This document shows positions 38,196 through 46,892 of a DNA stretch of 64,000 nt, in pieces. The stretch's first letter is position 1, and each line of letters starts with the position of its first letter. The notes below the pieces were generated by a model. That model saw only the letters and a list, made by a program, of their open reading frames with translations. It did no database searches and had not been told where the DNA came from. The stretch is from assembly GCA_030679995.1 (NCBI GenBank), contig JAUXSK010000018.1, forward strand, positions 41,828 through 105,827, in the 5' to 3' direction. The stretch is from Candidatus Moraniibacteriota bacterium (lineage in GTDB: Bacteria; Patescibacteriota; Minisyncoccia; Moranbacterales; UBA2206). Position numbers and translations under genes: made by a program.

Positions 38196-38285
38196 ATGTT
38201 TAAATTTTTAAACATTCAGCATTTAAAATTGATTTAAAATTTCAAATTTATAAATTTAAAATTATAGGCTTTAGCCTCATTGTAG
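38150..38285. repeat. AT-rich repeat/palindrome element related to the intergenic repeat family.
   Basis: TTTTAAATTTTCAATTTTAAATTTAAAATGAAATCCCAAATGTTTAAATTTTTAAACAT... containing the perfect palindrome ATGTTTAAATTTTTAAACAT. Confidence 0.5.
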
Positions 38286-38291
38286 CATTGC

Positions 38292-38320
38292 TTGACAAAA
38301 AATAAAAGGTGTGCTAAGAT
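38292..38320 (+). promoter_or_regulatory. Near-consensus sigma70-type promoter driving the orphan plus-strand transcript.
   Basis: TTGACA (38292-38297), a 17-nt spacer, then TGcTAAGAT extended -10 (38312-38320). Confidence 0.55.
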
Positions 38321-38326
38321 GCCTAG

Positions 38327-38558
38327 TCATATGATTTTGGCTGAAAAACGCCTTTCGTATGGCTAGCAGTAAGCTGTAGGCAATTGGTGATTTCTATCTT
38401 TTGTCATCAATTTTGGGAACTTTTTATCAAGATATGGGCGGATTGGTGCAAGCTGGGCCGTGCCTCGATACTGTTCCTTCCCCGAGGGCCTAGCTCTTGG
38501 GACTTGCCTGCAGATTACTGATTGATAGAGAAAAACTCGGTTCATACCGGGTTTTTTG
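38327..38558 (+). ncRNA. Candidate ~230-nt small RNA of unknown identity, with its own promoter and intrinsic terminator and no plus-strand ORF.
   Basis: Bounded by the promoter above and a terminator ACTCGGTTCATACCGGGTTTTTTG (38534-38557). It is GC-richer than its surroundings and contains GGGCGGATTGGTGCAAGCTGGGCCGTGCCTCG...CCCCGAGGGCCTAGCTC pairing potential. It lacks the 5' GGGG / 3' CCA tmRNA signatures and the RNase P P4 motifs. Confidence 0.3.
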
Positions 38559-38577
38559 TTTGGATAAAAAAGAAAAG

Positions 38578-38612
38578 GCGGGAGCTCCAGTGTGATGGAA
38601 TTCCCGCCCGGG
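38578..38612 (-). terminator. Rho-independent terminator of the GGDEF gene.
   Basis: The minus strand reads GGGCGGGAATTCCATCACACTGGAGCTCCCGCC followed by TTTTCTTTTTT. Confidence 0.55.
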
Positions 38613-38618
38613 CAAAAG

Positions 38619-39794
38619 TTATTTCTTATGGCAAGGCCGCAACAATACCCTTATCTCATAATCAAGAGTGAGAACTCTGTTTCTGAGAAAGGAAGCGCAT
38701 TCGTCGATTTCTGAGATTTCTGATATTTCAACTAGAAAATCATCATGTGATGCGGTTATGTCGCAAGTCTGTAATAGGCCATATTTTTTAATTATCAGCC
38801 GGTACAGTTCGCTTGAAACATCGGTTCGCAGGCGGTTTATTCGCCTTGCTTCATGTAAACGGATGGCGGATTCCTGGTCCGTCGTTCCGCGTGTTATCAG
38901 CAAGGCCTGCAAATTATTCGCGGGACAGGCTGATTCCCAGAGTTTTTCCTTGAGGATTATTTTCCTGTGGGTGACTAAGTCACCGGAAATATCCTCCACC
39001 ATTCCCATCAGGGTGTCTCCCAAGGCTTTTTTCGAAAAAGCCTTGTTTTTGTCGCACGTTTGCAAGAATGAAACAAGGATATCCCAAAAAATGCATTCCC
39101 CAGCCGTAACGGACGGGGTGAAATGGAACTTTCCTGATGAGCGTTCCGCTTTTTCTAGCAGGCACTGGCCATATTCGCCAAGTCGATTATTCGTTTCCGG
39201 ATTATGGAAGTCCAAATCAGGAAAGGAAATCTTCGAGACTTCGGAAATAACCAGGTCTCTTAAGACGAGATACATCGGACAGTAGGTCGGTTCATCAATC
39301 GCGCAAGGAATTATTTCATCAACGCTGCCGGTGCTTCTTCTGACCAGCACATCGAATTCATCTCCACCTGCCCGGTCGATTTCCAGGATCAGCGAATGCT
39401 TTTCGCAAAAGTCCCGGATTGTCTGGTTATGGAGAGCTCCGGCAACCAGATCCAGCAGGGCATCACCTAATCGATGGCTGCCGACATCGTTGACCGTTTT
39501 CAGTCCATCCAGATCGAAACGGATCTTAGCGACCCGTTTCAGTCGGGTTTTGATTTCGGCTATCGGCTGGCCGCTAAAAAGAGTTAGGATAAAAATATTG
39601 CGAATCTCGTTTTTTATCCAAGCTCCGCCCTCGTGGAAGCCATGCTTGGCTGCCAACTTCTCGTAATTTGGGGGAGAACAAGTCTCCTTATCGTCATTTG
39701 GTGTCGCCACCCTACTTATCAATTCTTGTAATTCGCTTTCCATAGTCATACGTCGATTCTCCTGTCGAATTTTAAGATTGATGCTTAAGTCCAC
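38619..39794 (-). CDS. GGDEF-domain diguanylate cyclase (catalytic motif intact, no I-site) with a C-terminal extension of unknown function.
   Basis: FDLDGLKTVNDVGSHRLGDALL...RAGGDEFDVLV follows the canonical D.D..K..ND..GH..GD..L...R.GGDEF order. GGDEF lies at nt 39354-39368. Confidence 0.7.
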   Translation of the reverse strand: MDLSINLKIRQENRRMTMESELQELISRVATPNDDKETCSPPNYEKLAAKHGFHEGGAWIKNEIRNIFILTLFSGQPIAEIKTRLKRVAKIRFDLDGLKTVNDVGSHRLGDALLDLVAGALHNQTIRDFCEKHSLILEIDRAGGDEFDVLVRRSTGSVDEIIPCAIDEPTYCPMYLVLRDLVISEVSKISFPDLDFHNPETNNRLGEYGQCLLEKAERSSGKFHFTPSVTAGECIFWDILVSFLQTCDKNKAFSKKALGDTLMGMVEDISGDLVTHRKIILKEKLWESACPANNLQALLITRGTTDQESAIRLHEARRINRLRTDVSSELYRLIIKKYGLLQTCDITASHDDFLVEISEISEIDECASFLRNRVLTLDYEIRVLLRPCHKK

Positions 39795-39876
39795 CTAGTT
39801 GACAGCCAAAGCGCGGTGTCTGGTGTCCAAATAGGTGGACTTAATTTTTTTAAAGAAACTGGGTCGGTAAAGGATG

Positions 39877-42800
39877 TCACAGGTCAGTCACCCGTTCGAT
39901 TTCTTCGATGGTAGTTTCACCCTCCAAGACTTTCAATACGCCGTCTTGGGCCATCGTCAACATTCCGTTTTCCATAGCCTTGTCGGCCAATTCAGAAGTG
40001 ATGGCGCCTTGGGTAATAAGGGCTTGGATGTCTTTATCGACAATAAACACTTCACTGATGGTGGTGCGGCCTTTGTAGCCGAGGTAATTGCATTTTTCAC
40101 AGCCTTTGGGTTTGCAGATTTTTTCAATCGGCGGGATTTCCACGCCGGATTTCGGTGAAATCGTTTTGATAACCATAGTGATTTTTTCTTTTTCTTCGAG
40201 TGTCGGAATGGTTTTTTCTTTGCAGTCGCACAATTTGCGCACCAGGCGTTGTGCCATAAAAGCGTTTACGCCGGAAGCGATATCGGAAGGCGAGACGTCC
40301 ATATTGAGCATCCTCTGGACCGCTCCAGCCGCGTTGTTGGTGTGGATGGTAGAAAGGACCAAATGTCCGGTCAGCGCGGCTTGCACGGCGACTTCGGCGG
40401 TCTCGTTGTCGCGGATTTCACCGATCATCATAATGTCAGGATTCTGGCGCAAGAGCGAACGCAGGGCGGTCGGAAAAGTATAACCCTCTTTGTCGTTCAC
40501 GGGAGTTTGCAGCAGACCTTCGATTTGGTACTCGATCGGATCTTCTACGGTGATGATTTTCACTTCGGGTTTATTGAGGATATTCAAGAGACTGTAGAGG
40601 GTAGTGGTTTTGCCGGAACCGGTCGGACCGGTATTTAGGAAAACCCCGTTTGGCTTGGAAATTTCGTGCAAGATTTTTTTCTTGTTCTGTTCGCGGATGC
40701 CGAGCTTGTTGATGTCCAATTCTTGCGAAGCCTTGCTTAAAAGCCGCATTACTACGGTTTCCCCGTAGCCGCCGAGAATGATGGAGATACGCACGTCGAC
40801 CGATCTTTCCTTGACATCGGCAATCTCATCGGCGAAGCGGATTGAAAAACGGCTGTCGACGACGCCTTCGCGCACTTGGGATTTGACGCCGCTCAGGATT
40901 TTTATTTCACCGAGGATGGCCGGATATTCATTGAGCGGCAATGCCACGACGGTTTGCAGGATGCCGTCGATGCGGAACCGGAATTTCACATCGTTTCGTC
41001 CTGGCTCGATGTGGATGTCGCCGACCCCGAGCAATGAGGCGGCTGCGAAGATGATTTTGTTGATATCGGGGACTTTGGCGAGGTAGATGGCGGCTTGGAG
41101 TTTTTTGAAATCGGCGATGTTTTCTTGGGCTTTGGCAAAAGATTCCTCGTCGACCAGGATATTGCGGCCGAGCGATTGGGACATCAGCTTTTCATAGACG
41201 CCTTCCAAGAAATCACCTTCGCCCGTGACACGCTTCACTTCGTCGATGGAGGTTATGCCGCCCAAAGCTTTCAAAATTCCGTCTTGCAACATCGTGATCA
41301 TTCCGGCCTCCAGCGCGGCCACGGTCAATTCCGTTTCTCCAGCCAGATTGAGAATCAGGCTTTCCAAATCCTCATTGAGGGTGAGCACTTCAAAGATGCC
41401 GATGCGTCCCTTATAACCGAGATTATTGCATTTGGGGCAACCCTTCGGCCGGTAGAGCTTGGTGATCTCTTTGGGTACCTCGACTTTGGCTTTGGGGGAT
41501 ATGATGGATAATATTTTTTTGATGGAAGCGAGTGATTCTTTGGCTGGCACATATTCCTCCTTGCAATCGCACAATTTGCGCACTAATCTTTGGCCGATAA
41601 TCGCATTGACAGCGGGAACGATCAGCGAGGGCTTCACGCCCATCTCGATGAGGCGGGGGATGGTCCCGATGGCGTTGTTGGTATGGATGGTGGAAAGGAC
41701 CAAATGTCCGGTCAGCGCCGAGTTGACGGCGATGTCGGCTGTTTCTTCATCGCGGATTTCTCCCACTAGGATGACGTCCGGATCCTGCCTGACGATGGCG
41801 CGCAAACCGTTGGCGAAAGTGTAGCCACGGGATCTTTCAATCTGGGTCTGGGAAATGCCGGCGACTTCATATTCGATCGGATCTTCGATGGTGATGATTT
41901 TCGTTTCCGGATCGTTGAGTTTGTTGATGAAAGAATAGAGAGTGGTGGTTTTACCGGAGCCGGTCGGACCGGTCGTGAGAATCATACCGTTAGGCGCGGA
42001 AATCTGTTTTTGCAACTCCTCATAGGCCAGGCCTTGCAGTCCCAGACTTTCCACATTGACCTGGATGGAGGAGGGATCAAGAAGGCGCATAACCACACTT
42101 TCTCCGAAACTGCCTGGAATGATGGAAACGCGGATAGCGATTTTTTTAGCTTCGATGTTCACTTCGAAATTACCATCCTGGGCGATGTCGCGCAGGTTGA
42201 TTTTCATGCCCGACATCATTTTTATCCTGGAGATGATGGTTTTGAAGATATTCAGAGGCAAAAAAGCCACGTCATGCAAGACGCCGTCGATCCGGTAGCG
42301 CAGACGGAATTCTTTTTCCTGCGGTTCGATGTGGATATCGCTTGCGCCAAGTTTATAGGCGCCGCCCATGACGATATTCAGGACTTGGGTAGTCGGTAAC
42401 TCGTTAATCCGTTGTTTCAGGGTGATGAGGTCTTTCAGATATTCATCGAATTTTTCCAAATCGTCCCCGGTGAGGTTGACGCTTAGCTGGGAAAGGATGT
42501 CGGTGAAAACGATCTTTTTATATTTCTCTAGGACTTTATCCATATTATAGCGGGAAATCACGAAAATCTGCGTATCCCAACCCCTGGTTTCAGAAAGATT
42601 TTTCAAGTATCCGACAGTTTTCAATTGTATCGGATCAGGCGAGACTATCGTAGCTTTCTTGCCGATTTTCTGGATGATGGCGATATCATAGAGCCTTGCA
42701 TCTTCCTCGGATAGCAACTTCAGGCTTTCAGTGCTGATCGGGACGAGATTGGTGTCAAGATATGGCAGTCCGAGCGCCGCCGCGAAAGCTGCCGCCTGCT

Positions 42801-42912
42801 CTTCTTCGGATTGGTGGCGTAAATTGGACAGGACTTTGGCGGTGTCAGTTTCTTTTTGAGAAGCTCCGACAGTTCCCAAGGATGATGAGCGGTCCCTTAA
42901 TATTTTTATCAT
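39877..42912 (-). CDS. pilB: Covalently fused tandem GspE/PilB-family secretion ATPase with N1-N2-CTD-N2-CTD architecture.
   Basis: Two complete modules. Each has Walker A GPTGSGKTT (nt ~41944-41973 and ~40601-40633), Asp box, Walker B (DPDVILVGEIRDEETA and NPDIMMIGEIRDNETA), His box LTGHLVLSTIHTNNA and a tetracysteine CDCK...C(P/E)KCN. A GspE_N-like N1 domain lies in the first ~150 aa. Confidence 0.85.
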   Translation of the reverse strand: MIKILRDRSSSLGTVGASQKETDTAKVLSNLRHQSEEEQAAAFAAALGLPYLDTNLVPISTESLKLLSEEDARLYDIAIIQKIGKKATIVSPDPIQLKTVGYLKNLSETRGWDTQIFVISRYNMDKVLEKYKKIVFTDILSQLSVNLTGDDLEKFDEYLKDLITLKQRINELPTTQVLNIVMGGAYKLGASDIHIEPQEKEFRLRYRIDGVLHDVAFLPLNIFKTIISRIKMMSGMKINLRDIAQDGNFEVNIEAKKIAIRVSIIPGSFGESVVMRLLDPSSIQVNVESLGLQGLAYEELQKQISAPNGMILTTGPTGSGKTTTLYSFINKLNDPETKIITIEDPIEYEVAGISQTQIERSRGYTFANGLRAIVRQDPDVILVGEIRDEETADIAVNSALTGHLVLSTIHTNNAIGTIPRLIEMGVKPSLIVPAVNAIIGQRLVRKLCDCKEEYVPAKESLASIKKILSIISPKAKVEVPKEITKLYRPKGCPKCNNLGYKGRIGIFEVLTLNEDLESLILNLAGETELTVAALEAGMITMLQDGILKALGGITSIDEVKRVTGEGDFLEGVYEKLMSQSLGRNILVDEESFAKAQENIADFKKLQAAIYLAKVPDINKIIFAAASLLGVGDIHIEPGRNDVKFRFRIDGILQTVVALPLNEYPAILGEIKILSGVKSQVREGVVDSRFSIRFADEIADVKERSVDVRISIILGGYGETVVMRLLSKASQELDINKLGIREQNKKKILHEISKPNGVFLNTGPTGSGKTTTLYSLLNILNKPEVKIITVEDPIEYQIEGLLQTPVNDKEGYTFPTALRSLLRQNPDIMMIGEIRDNETAEVAVQAALTGHLVLSTIHTNNAAGAVQRMLNMDVSPSDIASGVNAFMAQRLVRKLCDCKEKTIPTLEEKEKITMVIKTISPKSGVEIPPIEKICKPKGCEKCNYLGYKGRTTISEVFIVDKDIQALITQGAITSELADKAMENGMLTMAQDGVLKVLEGETTIEEIERVTDL

Positions 42913-42984
42913 AAAGATACGGACTCAATTTTGTTTATTTTACTTCATTTTACTTCATTTCGCGCTATCCTACAAATTGCAAGC

Positions 42985-43010
42985 TCAAAAAAACTCCCAT
43001 AATGGGAGTT
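42985..43010 (-). terminator. Rho-independent terminator downstream of the nrnA-like gene.
   Basis: The minus strand reads AAACTCCCATTATGGGAGTTTTTTTGAG. Confidence 0.6.
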
Positions 43011-43075
43011 TATCCGGAGTGATATTTTTCAAAGCTGGTTTCTGGTCCGGTTTCCAGTGTCGGATCAAGAAAAAA

Positions 43076-44356
43076 TCAATGGCTGATTTCTTTTATTTTC
43101 TTAGCGATCGATTCTCCAGCCTCAGCTATGTTGGCCATAGTTAGGTGTATCTCCAATGTGTCGCGCTTGAGCGTGCCGTTGAAAAACTGATTGATTCTTT
43201 TTAGCAATTCTTGGTCGGATGATTTCAAATCAGCTACGGTCGAAAGGGAAGTATCATTATAGAGAGCCATAAAAATTTTACCATCACTGTAGTTTTCCTG
43301 CAATTTCTCCAAAATCAGCGCGATATCGGTTTGGTTGGAACGGCTTTGCACGAAATCTTCCACACTGATGATTGTCCAAACCAATTTAGTCTGTTCATCC
43401 AGATTGAGATTTGACATGGCGCGCCCCCAAAGTTTCAGGATATGCAAAGGCTGGGTTTTGTACAGCCAGCGGATGATAGTCTGCTGGTCGGCTTTTTTGT
43501 CCATCAGGGCGGCGGCGGCCAAGAGGGATCGCGGAGTGGTGTTTTTCTTCTGGAAACTTTCCGTGGCGCTGATGATACCGGTCAGAAGACAGTCGGCGAT
43601 AGCCTTGTCGATCAGGTTCACATCCATATCATTGAAGGCGGCGCTTAGGATTTCGCTGCAAGATGAAGCGGTGGTATCGACCAGGTTGATTTGGCCGAAA
43701 TTGTCATTGTCGCTGCGGTGGTCGATATTGACGATCGGGACTTCGAAAAACAGATCCGGATTATTCTCATATATCTTGCCGAGCCGTTCCAAGTCCGGGC
43801 TGTCCAAAACAACGATCAGGTCATATTTGAATTTGGCCAGGATGAAAGAGAAATCACGCGGATTGAGCGCGCCTTTCTCAGGCGTCAGATAAATATTCAA
43901 TTTATCGGCTGTTTTTTCCGTGCGGATATCCCGGATCTTATTGTAGGCCGTGTCGAATGACAGTACGAAGTCGCGGGCGCCGGAAATTTCCGTGAGGATC
44001 CCCTCCGGCTTAGGCAGGAAATCATATTTGGCGGAGAGGTGGTTGGAAAAGGCGATCGTAGCCCGGACGCCTTTTTTTTGCAGAAAAAAATAGAGCGCCC
44101 AAGCGCTGCCGACCGCATCTCCGCTGGGATTTTCCGGAATCAAAACCAGTACATCTTGGGATTTGTCTATGAATTGCTTGAATTGTTCCTGGGGTGACAG
44201 TGTCATAAGTTGATAGTTATTTTTAAGCAGTATTACAAGATAACAGGATAAAAAGCGCGTGTCAAATAAAGCCCTCTTTTCTTTTTGGCGGATTACCGCT
44301 AACATATGTATGTTATGGAAAAAGAATTTATCACTGGAAATTTCAAAGAAACGCAA
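43076..44356 (-). CDS. nrnA: DHH/DHHA1-family phosphoesterase (NrnA-like nanoRNase / pAp phosphatase).
   Basis: DHH-family layout with VNIDHRSDNDNFG (a DHR variant of the DHH motif) and a C-terminal DHHA1-like GGGH region. Confidence 0.6.
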   Translation of the reverse strand: MRFFEISSDKFFFHNIHMLAVIRQKEKRALFDTRFLSCYLVILLKNNYQLMTLSPQEQFKQFIDKSQDVLVLIPENPSGDAVGSAWALYFFLQKKGVRATIAFSNHLSAKYDFLPKPEGILTEISGARDFVLSFDTAYNKIRDIRTEKTADKLNIYLTPEKGALNPRDFSFILAKFKYDLIVVLDSPDLERLGKIYENNPDLFFEVPIVNIDHRSDNDNFGQINLVDTTASSCSEILSAAFNDMDVNLIDKAIADCLLTGIISATESFQKKNTTPRSLLAAAALMDKKADQQTIIRWLYKTQPLHILKLWGRAMSNLNLDEQTKLVWTIISVEDFVQSRSNQTDIALILEKLQENYSDGKIFMALYNDTSLSTVADLKSSDQELLKRINQFFNGTLKRDTLEIHLTMANIAEAGESIAKKIKEISH

Positions 44357-44854
44357 AAATTAGGCAAGTCCCTGGCTTTAGAGATTGGAAACGAGCTCCA
44401 AGGTCCAGCCTTGTCTTCAATAGCGCGATCTCAAAGTCCGATTCTGGAAGGCGCCTTCGTGTTTTGTCTGGAAGGCGATTTGGGCGCCGGAAAAACCACG
44501 TTCACGCAGGGGGTATTGAAAGGATTGGGAGCTGAGGGGCCATACACGAGCCCGACCTTTCTCATAATGAAAGAATATAATTTGCAAGATACAAAATACA
44601 AGAAACAAGAAACAAAAAAATTCAAAATTCAAAATTCAAAATTCAAAATTCGGAACATATATCATATTGACGCGTATCGGGTTGGAGCTGAAGATGTTTT
44701 GAGTCTAGGCTGGGAAGAGATGATCGCCGATCCGAAAAACGTCGTAATCGTGGAATGGCCGGAAAAAATCGCACGGATATTACCGGAAAATTCAATCAGG
44801 ATAAAATTTGAGTGGCTGGATGAGAATCAGAGGAAAATAACCTTTGGAAAATAA
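44306..44854 (+). CDS. tsaE: tRNA threonylcarbamoyladenosine biosynthesis ATPase TsaE (YjeE), carrying an in-frame ~20-aa Lys-rich insertion derived from a repeat element.
   Basis: Walker A LEGDLGAGKTTFTQG, then SPTFLIMKEY and IYHIDAYRV. The insertion NLQDTKYKKQETKKFKIQNSKFKIRN lies between the conserved Y and H. The start may be at 44315. Confidence 0.75.
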   Translation: MYVMEKEFITGNFKETQKLGKSLALEIGNELQGPALSSIARSQSPILEGAFVFCLEGDLGAGKTTFTQGVLKGLGAEGPYTSPTFLIMKEYNLQDTKYKKQETKKFKIQNSKFKIRNIYHIDAYRVGAEDVLSLGWEEMIADPKNVVIVEWPEKIARILPENSIRIKFEWLDENQRKITFGK

Positions 44855-44886
44855 AAAATCTTACCGTTGCGGTAAGATTTTTTTAA
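44855..44886. terminator. Bidirectional terminator between tsaE and the CDF transporter gene.
   Basis: AAAAAATCTTACCGTTGCGGTAAGATTTTTTT. Confidence 0.7.
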
Positions 44887-44889
44887 GTG

Positions 44890-45894
44890 TTAATTTATTT
44901 CGATATCCACGTGGATCACTTCTGGAAACTTTTTCTGGATCCTTTTCTCGATGGCGTCGATCTTGCTGCCGATGAGGCGCGGTACGCGATCGATGTAGTC
45001 TGCGCAAAAACGTACAAAGCCGGCATAATCGTCCTTGATATCATCGAATTCATCTTTGAGCGCCCCGTTTCGGTACATCGCTTTCATCAGGGCCGGTCCA
45101 TGGAATTCAACTTCGCATTTGATGCGGTATTTTCTGAAGTCTAGGGTGGAGGATTTGAAATCGATGACCTTTTCAACGGCTGGCTCGGCCTCAAGGATTT
45201 TGATGATATGTTCTTGCATATCTTCCGGCATAGATTTTTCCAACAGGTATTCCCGATTTTTAGCGATTAGGATGATGGCGACAACCGCCAGGAGGATGCC
45301 GATGAAGATGGAACCAATCGCATCCCAATAATGCTGGCCGGTCAGATAGGTCAGGACGATGCTGGCAATCGCGATTAGGATACCTAAAACCGCCACTCCG
45401 TCTTCATAGAGGACGGCGATAGAGGACGGATCGCCCTGGCGCAGCGATTGCGCCAGGCTTTGGTTTTTGATTTTGATGGCGCGAAAAGCGATGATGAAGG
45501 TAAAACTTTCAATGATGAGTGAAAGGATAAGGATAGCGAATATGGCAGGTGAAATATGCACCTCGGCGGTTTGGCGCAAATCGCTGATGCCTTTGTAGAT
45601 GGTCACGCCGGCGCCCAGAAAGAAAATCCCGCAAGCCGAAATGAGCGCCCAGAAAAACCTTTCATGGCCGTAGCCATAGGAGAATTTCCGGGTGGCTTTT
45701 TTGGAAGACCTCTTGATGCCGACCATCAGCAACGCCTGGTTGCTGGTATCGGCCAAGCTGTGGATGCCTTCGGAAAAAAGCGCGCTGGATCCAGAAAGGG
45801 AAAAGCCTGCGAACTTGAGAATCGTGACCAGAAGATTGCCGCCCAGGGCGGATGCGACCGGCCAAAAACCGGAGGTTTTGTCAGTAGGTATCAT
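44890..45894 (-). CDS. Cation diffusion facilitator (CDF) family metal efflux transporter.
   Basis: Six TM helices and CDF signature HSLADTSNQALLMVGIKRSSKKATRKFSYGYGHERFF. Confidence 0.8.
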   Translation of the reverse strand: MIPTDKTSGFWPVASALGGNLLVTILKFAGFSLSGSSALFSEGIHSLADTSNQALLMVGIKRSSKKATRKFSYGYGHERFFWALISACGIFFLGAGVTIYKGISDLRQTAEVHISPAIFAILILSLIIESFTFIIAFRAIKIKNQSLAQSLRQGDPSSIAVLYEDGVAVLGILIAIASIVLTYLTGQHYWDAIGSIFIGILLAVVAIILIAKNREYLLEKSMPEDMQEHIIKILEAEPAVEKVIDFKSSTLDFRKYRIKCEVEFHGPALMKAMYRNGALKDEFDDIKDDYAGFVRFCADYIDRVPRLIGSKIDAIEKRIQKKFPEVIHVDIEIN

Positions 45895-46124
45895 TGAATA
45901 AAGATAAGATTACGCTTGATAGTATAACGCAAAAACCCGGAACAAGGAAGCTTTGTAAGACTTGTCACGATAGGAGTAGGCTTGGCTGATCTGCGAAAGG
46001 GCGGACTGTTTGTTTTAAAAGCTTCCATCCAAAGCCGCTATTTTTAAAAATAATGATTTTGGAAAAAGCGGGAATCGTCTGAGCGTTACAAGTCGATTCC
46101 CGTTTTAATGAAGTCCGGGTTAAT

Positions 46125-46367
46125 CTAAGGGACTTTTTCCATATTATACCCCCAGTGTTTAAAGGGTAGATTCAATTCGGCCATCCTCAGACCCAAGGGG
46201 GAATTAAATCGAATGGAGAGGATCAATTCTCCTTTTTCTCCAAGTCTGGCAAATAATTCCAAATTTTCTCCCCCAGTCTCTTGTGAAAATTCGGCCATCT
46301 CGGACTTTATTTCTTCAAACGCGATTTTGGCCTGCCCAGACAGCAATATTCTGGAAAGATTAAGCAT
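46125..46367 (-). CDS. Small hypothetical protein (80 aa).
   Basis: Strong SD AAGGAGGG 5 nt upstream of the ATG, and a stem-loop terminator CGGGAATCG...CGATTCCCG immediately downstream. Confidence 0.4.
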   Translation of the reverse strand: MLNLSRILLSGQAKIAFEEIKSEMAEFSQETGGENLELFARLGEKGELILSIRFNSPLGLRMAELNLPFKHWGYNMEKVP

Positions 46368-46892
46368 TTCACCCTCCTTTTTCAGCGTGATTGGTATTTT
46401 TTAAAATACAGCCCTTTATTTTTTTAGGGTATGATATTGTAGCTCTATAATAATAAATTAGCAAGCGACTGGAAATGTTCGCAGAATATCCTAAAAATTT
46501 TCCAACCAAAAAAACCGCCACGATTCCACTCAACAGATCTAAGAGAAGGATTTTGATTTGCCCGGCGGAACAGTGTCGGCTTTCTAAATGGATTGAGCTA
46601 TAGGGTACTTAATATATTGCAATTGCCATAATTTAAGTATGCTTAAATTTGCAGCTTTGGGAGGGCTTTCAGTACAATTTTATATTTTTTCAAAAATTTC
46701 CATTTGGTTGTTATCATGGATATTTCCGCATTTGAAATTTTAATGTGCTCCTGCTGAACCCATCATTCTTGCATCAAATGACGAGTTTGGTAAGAAAAAA
46801 ATCCAAATGGGACATAGTAATACGGATATCTTATCTTTGATTTAAGCTATGCTATAATAGGATAATGAAATTAAACATTTAAAATCAAAACA

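Noticed and set aside
38363-38545. 60-aa minus-strand ORF in the ruvB-GGDEF intergenic region.
   Set aside because: It lies antisense within the promoter-to-terminator candidate sRNA unit and has no RBS, so it is more likely a chance ORF in GC-rich structured RNA.
38327-38558. Identity of the candidate sRNA as tmRNA, RNase P RNA, 6S RNA or SRP RNA.
   Set aside because: It lacks the 5' GGGG / 3' CCA and tag-reading frame of tmRNA, the GGAAAGUCCGG P4 core of RNase P RNA, and obvious SRP domain IV motifs. It is also too short for RNase P RNA. 6S cannot be excluded by eye, so it is left as an unknown sRNA.
44621-44655. Tandem TTCAAAA heptamers and nearby 'aaattcaaaattc' periodicity considered as a possible CRISPR or minisatellite array.
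   Set aside because: Units are 7 bp with no spacers, lie inside the tsaE reading frame, and there are no cas genes. This is a microsatellite within a repeat-derived insertion, not a CRISPR.
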